Shown here one piece after another: positions 12,059 through 21,700 of a stretch of 64,000 nucleotides of DNA (within the stretch, counting starts at the first letter, position 1; every line of letters starts with the position of its first letter). The stretch comes from Hyaloraphidium curvatum SAG 235-1 (lineage: Eukaryota; Fungi; Monoblepharomycota). The notes beneath the pieces were generated by a model, which was not told where the DNA came from, searched no databases, and saw nothing but the letters and a program-made list of their open reading frames with translations. Both the position numbers and the translations under genes were made by a program. The stretch covers positions 1 to 64,000 of the forward strand of contig JAIVFI010000007.1 of assembly GCA_025558095.1 (NCBI GenBank), read 5' to 3'.

Positions 12059-13056
12059 ATGGACACCCTGCAGCGCGTTGCCGGCCTCGTCTCGGGCTCC
12101 GTCGGCGACTCCCCGCAGGCGCAGACGCCCCCGCCCGAGCCCGCCAGCGCCGGCAAGCCCGCGTCGGGCGAGCAGCCTCCCGCATGTGCGTCCCGCCTCC
12201 GATTTCGCTCCTCCGCGCTGCTGATTCTGGCCCATTCGCCCCGCGGGCAGCCCGTATGGAACCCGACGGCCACGGCCGCGGCGCGCTCTGGATCTCGGAC
12301 GCGATGCTGGACCGCCTCGTGGACCAGGCCAACAAGGAGCTGCAGTCGAGCAACTACTACCTCACGTTCTCGCTGTGGTTCGAGGACAGGGAGCTGCCGG
12401 GGAGCGCGGTGCGTCAAATGCCCGGGCGGGTCGTCGGCTTCTGAAGGTCTCTGACGATGAGATGCGGTTCGGCTTGGCGCACAGGCGTGGTGCAGGCACC
12501 ATTCGGAGGAGGAACGTTCTCACGCGCTCAAGATCTTCGACCACCTGATCAAGCGCCGCGCCAAGGGGGTGGGTCGCGCTGCAGGAGGCGGTGATCCGAT
12601 CCCTCATTCACCCCTCTCCAACGTCGTTGACCCACAGATCATGCTCCAGCCCCTCGAAGCCGTCCGCGTGGACTTCAAGGACCCCGTGGAGGTGTGGGAG
12701 GCCGCCTCGGCGCAGGAGCGGGACAACTCGGCCTCGATCTTCTCGATCATGAAGCTGGCGAGGCAGACGGACGACTACACGAGCGAGGAGCTGCTGCGGT
12801 GGTATATTTCCGAACAAATGGAGGAGGAGGCTGCCGTCAACGGTCCGTCGAACCCGGCGCGTCTGCCCCGCTGGGTGCTGACGCCGCTTGGGTTCTCATC
12901 GGTCAGACATCCTCACCAACGCGAGGGAGATCGTCAAGACCCAGGGGCTCTACAGGTGCGCTGACTGCCGGTCGATCCGATTCGCGGGGTCTGATTCCAC
13001 CGGTTTCACAACCGCACAGGGACTACGACGCCAAGATCGCCAAGAAGAAGCACTAG
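12059..13056 (+). CDS. Ferritin, resembling prokaryotic non-heme FtnA type, 6 exons
   Basis: Spliced product has QANKELQSSNYY, HSEEERSHALKIFD, QERDNS, DDYTSEELLRWYISEQMEEE, GLYRDYDAKI. Introns ~12186-12250, 12409-12484, 12569-12637, 12843-12906, 12956-13019. Confidence 0.9.
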
Positions 13057-13270
13057 CCGGCCCCTCGCGGCGCCCAGGACCCGTCTTGTCAGCCTCGTTG
13101 TTCGCGCTTAATCAACGGTCGGCCCATTACTGGTGCGCCGCGTCCGGATATGCGTGCGGTCGATCGGCCGCGATGCATTCCGACTTCCGTCCTGTGCCCT
13201 CCGCCTCCCGCGTCCATCGGCGTCGCATCCGCGACGTCGCGATTCACCTGCGTCCCCGACGCTCGAAGCA

Positions 13271-13568
13271 GAAGGAGGAGCCCGGGGCCTAGGGGGAGGG
13301 CGCGGCGAGCCAGGCGAGTAGCGGGTATGCGTGGGAGGAGGCGGTGGGCCCGCAGGGCAAGCCGGAGATGGTGGCCAAGGTGTGAATGGGGGATGATCGG
13401 CATCGGATCGTGCGGAGGCCGCACTCGATCTGGGATGACATATGAATGGCATTGAGCCTGATAGATCTGGTGATTCGCACTGGAGCTATCTCGCTGGGGG
13501 CGTGATGGGACCGGGTCCGAAGGATGCTGGGCAGCCGCCGACGTGAAGGCGACCTGTCCCCGCGGCCA
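13271..13568 (+). repeat. Degenerate inverted copy of the 3' end of the HIPL1-like gene plus downstream intergenic DNA (partner ~29792-30086)
   Basis: Encodes KEEPG*..ASQASSGYAWEEA..KPEMVAKV* and continues gatgatcggcatcggatcgtgcggaggccgcactcga, matching the reverse complement of 29.8-30.1 kb. Confidence 0.9.
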
Positions 13569-13802
13569 TCCGTGCGGCAACATACGCTATGAATTTTGCA
13601 TCGATCTATGCTGCCCGATATCCTGCTGATTGGAGGTCCGAAGAAGTCAGTCTTTTGATGGGTCGTAGAAGTGATGGGTCGTTCGACGGGAGTCAGTCGG
13701 TCACGATCGCAACCGCCACGCACCAGCCGTACTTCTCCGTCACGGCCGTTCCGTCCCGTTGCCCCCCCCGGACGGTCCCCGGGCCCCGCTACGCAGACAA
13801 CG

Positions 13803-15050
13803 ATGTCCGAGAGTGCGCAGGAGTGCGCTGCTCGGGGCTTGAAGTTCTACACCGGCGATGGCGTGGCCAAGAACCTCGTCGAGGCCGCGAAGTGGTTCCG
13901 CAAGGCGGCCGACAAGGGCCACGCCGCCGCGCAGCACAACCTCGGATTCCTCTACCTGAACGGCGAGGGCGTGCCGCAGGACCATGCCGAGGCCGCGCGG
14001 TGGTACCGCAAGTATGCCGACCAGGGCAACGAGCACGGGCAGAACAATTTCGGACGCTGCTACGAGAACGGCTGGGGCGTGACCAAGGACTATGCCGAGG
14101 CCGCGCGGTGGTACCGCAAGTCTGCCGACCAGGGCAACGCGGACGCGCAGTACGCCCTTGGGTTCCTGTACGCGCGCGGACTGGGCGTGGCCCAGGACTA
14201 TGCCGAGGCGGCGCGGTGGTACCGCAAGTCGGCCGACCAGGGCAACACGTACGCGCAGAATAGCCTCGGAGTCCTCTACCGGGACGGTCAGGGCGTGCCG
14301 CAGGACTATGCCGAGGCCGTGCGGTGGTTCCGGAAGGCGGCCGACCAGGGCGACCGGAACGCGCATGTCCGCCTCGGATTCCAATACGAGAAGGGCCAGG
14401 GCGTGGCCCAGGACTATGCCGAGGCCGCGCGATGGTACCGCAAGGGGGCCGACCAGGGCCACGCTGTCGGGCAGGACAACCTCGGAGGCCTCTACCGAAA
14501 TGGATGGGGAGTGGCCCAGGACCATGCCGAGGCCGTGCGGTGGTTCCGGAAGGCGGCCGACCAAGGAAACGCGTACGGGCAGAACAACCTCGCACGTTGC
14601 TACGAGGACGGCAAAGGCGTTGCAAAGGACCTGTCCATGGCTCTGGAGCTGTACCGGAAGGCGTCGGCGCAAGGTCACGAGCAAGCGACGGCCGCCGCAA
14701 AGAGGCTGCAGGCCACCGGTGTGGTCCCGGATCGACAGCGGCAGGACGACGCCGCCGCAGCCGAGCGGAACCGCGCCGCTGCCGAGGCACGCCGGAGGCA
14801 GGAAGCTGAAGCCGAGGCGCGCCGCCGTCGGGAGGAGGAGCTGGCGCACGAGCGGGAGAAGCGGGCACCGGCTGGAGGACTTCCTCCGCAGGTCATGCAG
14901 GCCATCTTCGGCGGCAAGCGTCCGCCGAGACCCGGCAATGTGCAGGACGACGTGTGGTCGCTGGTGGAGTCGTGCTGGCCGAAGGAGATGAGTGCCCGGC
15001 CGACGATGGCCGAGGTGGCCTGGGAGCTTGTCCGGATCAGGGGTCGCTAG
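13803..15050 (+). CDS. Sel1-like repeat protein (8 x 36 aa) + coiled coil + orphan protein-kinase C-terminal tail
   Basis: Repeats xxxAQxxLGxxYxxGxGVAQDYAEAARWYRKAADQG. Tail KRPPRPGNVQDDVWSLVESCWPKEMSARPTMAEV corresponds to kinase subdomains X-XI only. Confidence 0.88.
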   Translation: MSESAQECAARGLKFYTGDGVAKNLVEAAKWFRKAADKGHAAAQHNLGFLYLNGEGVPQDHAEAARWYRKYADQGNEHGQNNFGRCYENGWGVTKDYAEAARWYRKSADQGNADAQYALGFLYARGLGVAQDYAEAARWYRKSADQGNTYAQNSLGVLYRDGQGVPQDYAEAVRWFRKAADQGDRNAHVRLGFQYEKGQGVAQDYAEAARWYRKGADQGHAVGQDNLGGLYRNGWGVAQDHAEAVRWFRKAADQGNAYGQNNLARCYEDGKGVAKDLSMALELYRKASAQGHEQATAAAKRLQATGVVPDRQRQDDAAAAERNRAAAEARRRQEAEAEARRRREEELAHEREKRAPAGGLPPQVMQAIFGGKRPPRPGNVQDDVWSLVESCWPKEMSARPTMAEVAWELVRIRGR

Positions 15051-15119
15051 GGGTCCCCAGGTTGCTCACTGTTAAGGACTGCGATGCATACTTTCTTTTG
15101 GATAACTAGATGAAGGGGA

Positions 15120-15290
15120 CGGCGGGCCGATCCGGATTCTGAGGGATAACAGGGACATGATTCGACTTTGCATTGCCGCCAGGGACTACGATGTCAAGAT
15201 CGCCGAAAAGAAGCACTAGGCAGGTTCGCTGTGCGAGGACCATTCTTGTCAGCCCTCCGTGTTCGTCATCCATCGACGGTCGGCCTTGGG
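15120..15290 (+). repeat. Degenerate direct copy of ferritin last intron/exon/3'UTR (partner ~12965-13125)
   Basis: agggactacgatgtcaagatcgccgaaaagaagcactag versus agggactacgacgccaagatcgccaagaagaagcactag, with further matches (tcttgtcagcc, acggtcggcc). Confidence 0.88.
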
Positions 15291-15778
15291 AGCACCATCG
15301 CCCGGTCCAGACCCGATCGGCCCCGCCCCTTGTCCCTTGTCGCAAAACCACCCGCGCTCCCCTTCGCCGACCCGGGGCCGGCGACGCGGACCCGTTCCCC
15401 GCGAACGGAATCCGGATCGCGCAACTTTTCCGCCCCAGCCGCCGCGCCGTGGGTCGCTGGCGGGCGGGTGGGGCGGCCGGCTGCGGCTCAGACGACTGGG
15501 CCCTGCCGACAAAGGACCCTTCCGGCCCGACCCGATGGCGGGGTTCTCCGGGCCTCCCGGGCCTCCAGAACCCCGGGAACGGCAGCGCGTGCCTCCACAA
15601 GTGGTTGCCATGGTCGGGCGGGCCGGCGGAGCGGCAGCGCCCGGCGAGGGGAGGGCGGTGGTTCCAAGGTTCGGGCGGGGCGATTATTGCGCGAACCCAG
15701 GGTCGGGGCCCGGCGCCGACAGCGTCGGCCGGCCCCACCGCAACACCCGCCCGCCCGCACCCGCCAGGGCGCCCCGCG

Positions 15779-18700
15779 ATGCGACTCCGCGCCCCGGGCG
15801 AACCGTGCGGAAGCGAGGCGACGGGCGGTGGGCGGCGGGCGCCGCCGCCGGGGCCGCGGCGGCGGCGGCGGCGTGACGGATCCCTGGTGCTGGCCGCCGT
15901 GCTCCTTGCGCTCCTCGCGATCTGCTCGCTCCTGGCGCCGATCTCGGCGCGGGAGGCGTCCGCAGACGATCTGTCGGACCCGGACCCGCCCGCCGGCCGG
16001 CACTCCCTGGGGGAGCGCACCTCCGACGACCTCGAGTGCCGCCAGCTGCGGCGCCGCTGGCTGCCCGCCGTCTTCCGGCGGCACACGACCTGCACCGTCA
16101 CCTCGTGCCGCAGAACTGGCTGGAAGACCCGCACCCTCGGCAAAGTGGCCACCGTCAAGCGCACCGCCCGGAGGACGACCACGCTCGTGAAAACAAAGGT
16201 CGCCGTGAAGCGGCAGACCCTGGCCCTCATCAGGGCGGTGACCTCGGTCGGCCTGCCCGATTTTGCCGCGCTCCCCAGCTCGGCCGTCTACGCCGTCAGG
16301 AGCACGTCCACCGTGCTCGTTCCCGGGCCGACGAGGACCAAAACCGTGGCGGCAAACACGGACCTCGCCACCGTGCTGATCAGGACCACCTGGACGCCCA
16401 CGACGACCAGGTTCGTGACCCAGCGGATGGATCTCGAGTGCCCCACCGTCGTGCCGGCCGCCCGGCGGCGGATGGAGGAGGCGCAGGTGGACTCTGATGC
16501 CTCGCTGGCTACCGGCGAGCTGGAGCTCGACACCGAGGAGGAGATCGGGCTTCCGCTCATCAACGTGACCGTCGCCCGCCGCTCCGACGCCGAACCCGGC
16601 CCCGATCAACCCGACGTGGACGCGAAACCCGACTCCCTGGAACGCCGCACCAACTTCGACTCTTCCTGCGCGGCCGTCTGCACCCTCCGCAAGTCCATGT
16701 GCTGGCGCACCCGGTGGAGCACGCGCACGTGGACCCGCACCTCGTGGAAGGTCTCCTGGCGCACGCTGCGGAGGACCAAGACCGTCTCGAGCACGCGGCT
16801 CGTGCAGCTCGCCGGAACGGGAGGTTGCGCGGACCCGACGGGGACGATGGCCGTGGCGACCTGCTCGTTCGCCAGCCAGGACAGCAGGGTGCAGGCCACG
16901 CTGTGGGCAGCTGGATCGCGCGCCCGCAACGGTCCCGTGCTCACCCCGCGTTCGCTTGCAGGACGACGATCGTGGTCACCGCCACCTCCACCCAACCCGC
17001 CCGCATGCGCACCGTCTTCAGCCACAACGCCGTCGCCGACGCACCCACCGTCCACTCGACCATCACCGCACCCCGCACCGCCTCGTACGGTCCCCGCCAC
17101 CCGCGCCCGCATCCATCCGCTGACCCCGTCCCCGCACCGCCAGGGTCACATCCACCGTCGCCGCCTCGGACGTCTTCTGCATGCCGCAGCTCAACCCCCC
17201 CTCGTACCGCGCCACCTCGTGCGGCATCCTCGCCGTGCCCGCCGCGCTGGGGCTGCTGCGGGGGGCGGTGGGGTCGGGCGTGTCGGCGGTGGCGGGGGTG
17301 GTTGCCAGCGAGCGCGGGTTCCGGGTCGAGATCGGGGAGGACGGGTCGTTCACGTACGCGCCTGCGGCGAGGAGCGGGTTCGTGGGCACGGACAGGTTCG
17401 CGTTTTCCGCCGTCAATGCGGCGGGAAACGCGGCAGATGGGGTCGCGGAGGTCGTCGTTGAGGCGTGCCCGGCGGTGGGTTCAGCGACGCGCCTCCGCCC
17501 GCGAGAGCGGCTCTGAGACGCCAAAAATGCCGCCGTCCAGACTTCCACGCGCACGCACAGCTCTCCCGCCACGCCCACAGGGGCCATTGGAGGACGCGTA
17601 TTCGTCGACGCTAACCTTAATGGCGTGGACAATGGAGGTCGGTTGGCCGCTGTCTGTCGTTTTGGGCGCGCTGAACGGTTCCGTTCCACAGAGACGGAAA
17701 TCCCGATGGTGACGGTCATTCTGACCGGCATCGACAAGTTTGGCAATTTCGTGAACCGGAGCACGACGACGGGGCCCGATGGGAGGTACCAGTTTGAAGG
17801 CCTGGTGGGTTCCGCTCCGCCGCGTCCCCAAGCCTGCCTTCTGACCCTTCCCCCCCCCCCCCCCCCCTCGCAGTGGCCCGGCAACTACACGATCGACTCC
17901 GTCAACCCCGCCGGCCTTTCAGACACCCCGCAAGGACAGATCGGGAAGCTCCTCGTGTCGCTCGGCGACGGGCAGCGCATCCTCGACCAGAACTTTGGCA
18001 AGGTCGCGTCCTCGCCCAGCACGACCCCTACCGCGTCCCGCAGCCGCTCACGGACCCCCACTTCGACTGCCGTGCCGCCGGGCAGCATCTCGGGGCGGGT
18101 CTACCTCGACGCGGACCTCGACGGCAAGGACGGGGGCGAGCCGGCCGTCGCGGGTGTGGACGTCGTGCTGGTCGGCACCGACCACCTCGGCCGGCCCGTG
18201 CAGATGACGGCCACCGCGGGCGCGGACGGGAGCTACCGCTTCGATGGCGTGCCGCCGGGGACGTACGGCGTTTCGTGCGCCGCGCCGGCGGGCCACGCGT
18301 TCTCGCCCGCGGGGCCGCAGGGCCAGGTTCAGGGCATCCTGCTGGTGCCCGGGGGCTCGGAGGCCGCGGATTTCGGGATGTTGCGCGTGGCGAGCACCAC
18401 CTGGACCATCGCGACGGCCACGCGCTCCCGGACCAGCTCGACCTTCACCGTGCGCGCCGAGCTCGGCGGCAGGATCTTTGTGGACGCCAATACGGACGGC
18501 GTCGACAATGGCGAGCCCGCGATCCCCGGCGTGACCATCTTTGTGACAGGCACGGATGATCAAGGCAATCCGGTCAACGTCAGCACCACCACGGCGCAGG
18601 ACGGTACCTACATCTTCGAGAACCTGCGCCCCGGCACCTACACCGTCACCCCCGTCGTGCCTGCCGGCTTCGTCAGCTCGCCCGGTGGGCCGACGGAAGT

Positions 18701-21700
18701 GACGCTGTCGCTCGTGGACGGGGACAACAAGCAGGACGTCGATCTGGGCTTCGTGGCCATGACGTCGACCTCCTCGAGCCTGACCACCGCCACGCGCTCG
18801 CGGACCAGTTCGACCTTCACCGTGCGCGCCGAGCTGGGCGGCAGGATCTTTGTGGACGCCAACACGGACGGCGTCGACAATGGCGAGCCCGCGATCCCCG
18901 GCGTGACCATCTTTGTGACGGGCACGGACGACCAAGGCAATCCGGTCAACGTCAGCACCACCACGGCGCAGGACGGCACCTTTGTGTTCGAGAACCTGCG
19001 CCCCGGCACCTACACCGTCACCCCCGTCGTGCCTGCCGGCTTCGTCAGCTCGCCCGGTGGGCCGACGGAAGTGACGCTGTCGCTCGTGGACGGGGACAAC
19101 AAGCAGGACGTCGATCTGGGCTTCGTGGCCATGACGTCGACCTCCTCGAGCCTGACCACCGCCACGCGCTCGCGGACCAGTTCGACCTTCACCGTGCGCG
19201 CCGAGCTGGGCGGCAGGATCTTTGTGGACGCCAACACGGACGGCGTCGACAATGGCGAGCCCGCGATCCCCGGCGTGACCATCTTTGTGACGGGCACGGA
19301 CGACCAAGGCAATCCGGTCAACGTCAGCACCACCACGGCGCAGGACGGTACCTACATCTTCGAGAACCTGCGCCCCGGCACCTACATTGTCACCCCCGTC
19401 GTGCCTGCCGGCTTCGTCAGCTCGCCCGGTGGGCCGACGGAAGTGACGCTGTCGCTCGTGGACGGGGACAACAAGCAGGACGTCGATCTGGGCTTCGTGG
19501 CCATGACGTCGACCTCCTCGAGCCTGACCACCGCCACGCGCTCGCGGACCAGTTCGACCTTCACCGTGCGCGCCGAGCTGGGCGGCAGGATCTTTGTGGA
19601 CGCCAACACGGACGGCGTCGACAATGGCGAGCCCGCGATCCCCGGCGTGACCATCTTTGTGACGGGCACGGACGACCAAGGCAATCCGGTCAACGTCAGC
19701 ACCACCACGGCGCAGGACGGTACCTACATCTTCGAGAACCTGCGCCCCGGCACCTACATTGTCACCCCCGTCGTGCCTGCCGGCTTCGTCAGCTCGCCCG
19801 GTGGGCCGACGGAAGTGACGCTGTCGCTCGTGGACGGGGACAACAAGCAGGACGTCGATCTGGGCTTCGTGGCCATGACGTCGACCTCCTCGAGCCTGAC
19901 CACCGCCACGCGCTCGCGGACCAGTTCGACCTTCACCGTGCGCGCCGAGCTGGGCGGCAGGATCTTTGTGGACGCCAACACGGACGGCGTCGACAATGGC
20001 GAGCCCGCGATCCCCGGCGTGACCATCTTTGTGACGGGCACGGACGACCAAGGCAATCCGGTCAACGTCAGCACCACCACGGCGCAGGACGGTACCTACA
20101 TCTTCGAGAACCTGCGCCCCGGCACCTACATTGTCACCCCCGTCGTGCCTGCCGGCTTCGTCAGCTCTCCCGGCGGGCCGACGGAAGTGATGCTGTCGCT
20201 CGTGGACGCGGACAACAAGCAGGACGTCGATCTGGGCTTCGTGGCCATGACGTCGACCTCCTCGAGCCTGACCACCGCCACGCGCTCGCGGACCAGCTCG
20301 ACCTTCACCGTGCGCGCCGAGCTCGGGGGCAGGATCTTTGTGGACGCCAACACGGACGGCGTCGACAATGGCGAGCCCGCGATCCCCCGCGTGACCATTT
20401 TTGTGACGGGCACGGACGACCAAGGCAATGCGGTCAACGTCAGCACCACCACGGCGCAGGACGGCACCTTTGTGTTCGAGAACCTGCGCCCCGGCACCTA
20501 CACCGTCACCCCCGTCGTGCCTGCCGGCTTCGTCAGCTCTCCCGGGGGGCCGACGGAAGTGACGCTGTCGCTCGTGGACGGGGACAGCAAGCAGGACGTC
20601 GATCTGGGCTTCGTGGCCATGACGTCGACCTCCTCGAGCCTGACCACCGCCACGCGCTCGCGGACCAGCTCGACCTTCACCGTGCGCGCCGAGCTCGGGG
20701 GCAGGATCTTTGTGGACGCCAACACGGACGGCGTCGACAATGGCGAGCCCGCGATCCCCGGCGTGACCATTTTTGTGACGGGCACGGACGACCAAGGCAA
20801 TCCGGTCAACGTCAGCACCACCACGGCGCAGGACGGCACCTTTGTGTTCGAGAACCTGCGCCCCGGCACCTACACCGTCACCCCCGTCGTGCCTGCCGGC
20901 TTCGTCAGCTCTCCCGGGGGGCCGACGGAAGTGACGCTGTCGCTCGTGGACGGGGACAGCAAGCAGGACGTCGATCTGGGCTTCGTGGCCATGACGTCGA
21001 CCTCCTCGAGCCTGACCACCGCCACGCGCTCGCGGACCAGCTCGACCTTCACCGTGCGCGCCGAGCTCGGGGGCAGGATCTTTGTGGACGCCAACACGGA
21101 CGGCGTCGACAATGGCGAGCCCGCGATCCCCGGCGTGACCATTTTTGTGACGGGCACGGACGACCAAGGCAATCCGGTCAACGTCAGCACCACCACGGCG
21201 CAGGACGGCACCTTTGTGTTCGAGAACCTGCGCCCCGGCACCTACACCGTCACCCCCGTCGTGCCTGCCGGCTTCGTCAGCTCTCCCGGGGGGCCGACGG
21301 AAGTGACGCTGTCGCTCGTGGACGGGGACAGCAAGCAGGACGTCGATCTGGGCTTCGTGGCCATGACGTCGACCTCCTCGAGCCTGACCACCGCCACGCG
21401 CTCGCCGACCAGTTCGACCTTCACCGTGCGCGCCGAGCTCGGGGGCAGGATCTTTGTGGACGCCAATACGGACGGCGTCGACAATGGCGAGCCCGCGATC
21501 CCCCGCGTGACCATTTTTGTGACGGGCACGGACGACCAAGGCAATGCGGTCAACGTCAGCACCACCACGGCGCAGGACGGCACCTTTGTGTTCGAGAACC
21601 TGCGCCCCGGCACCTACACCGTCACCCCCGTCGTGCCTGCCGGCTTCGTCAGCTCTCCCGGCGGGCCGACGGAAGTGACGCTGTCGCTCGTGGACGGGGA

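Noticed and set aside
574-13056. Bacterial contamination or chimeric contig
   Set aside because: The bacterial-like genes contain canonical spliceosomal introns and share host codon bias.
13803-14690. Diversity-generating retroelement behind Sel1 variability
   Set aside because: No reverse transcriptase or template repeat is visible, and substitutions do not look adenine-specific.
13130-15120. Helitron or Pack-MULE carrying the Sel1 cassette
   Set aside because: No TIRs, transposase or short TSD found. The CTAG at ~15106 lacks a convincing hairpin and the A/T insertion context.
17849-17867. Poly-C tract as a phase-variation switch
   Set aside because: It lies in an intron polypyrimidine tract, so length change would not shift the frame.
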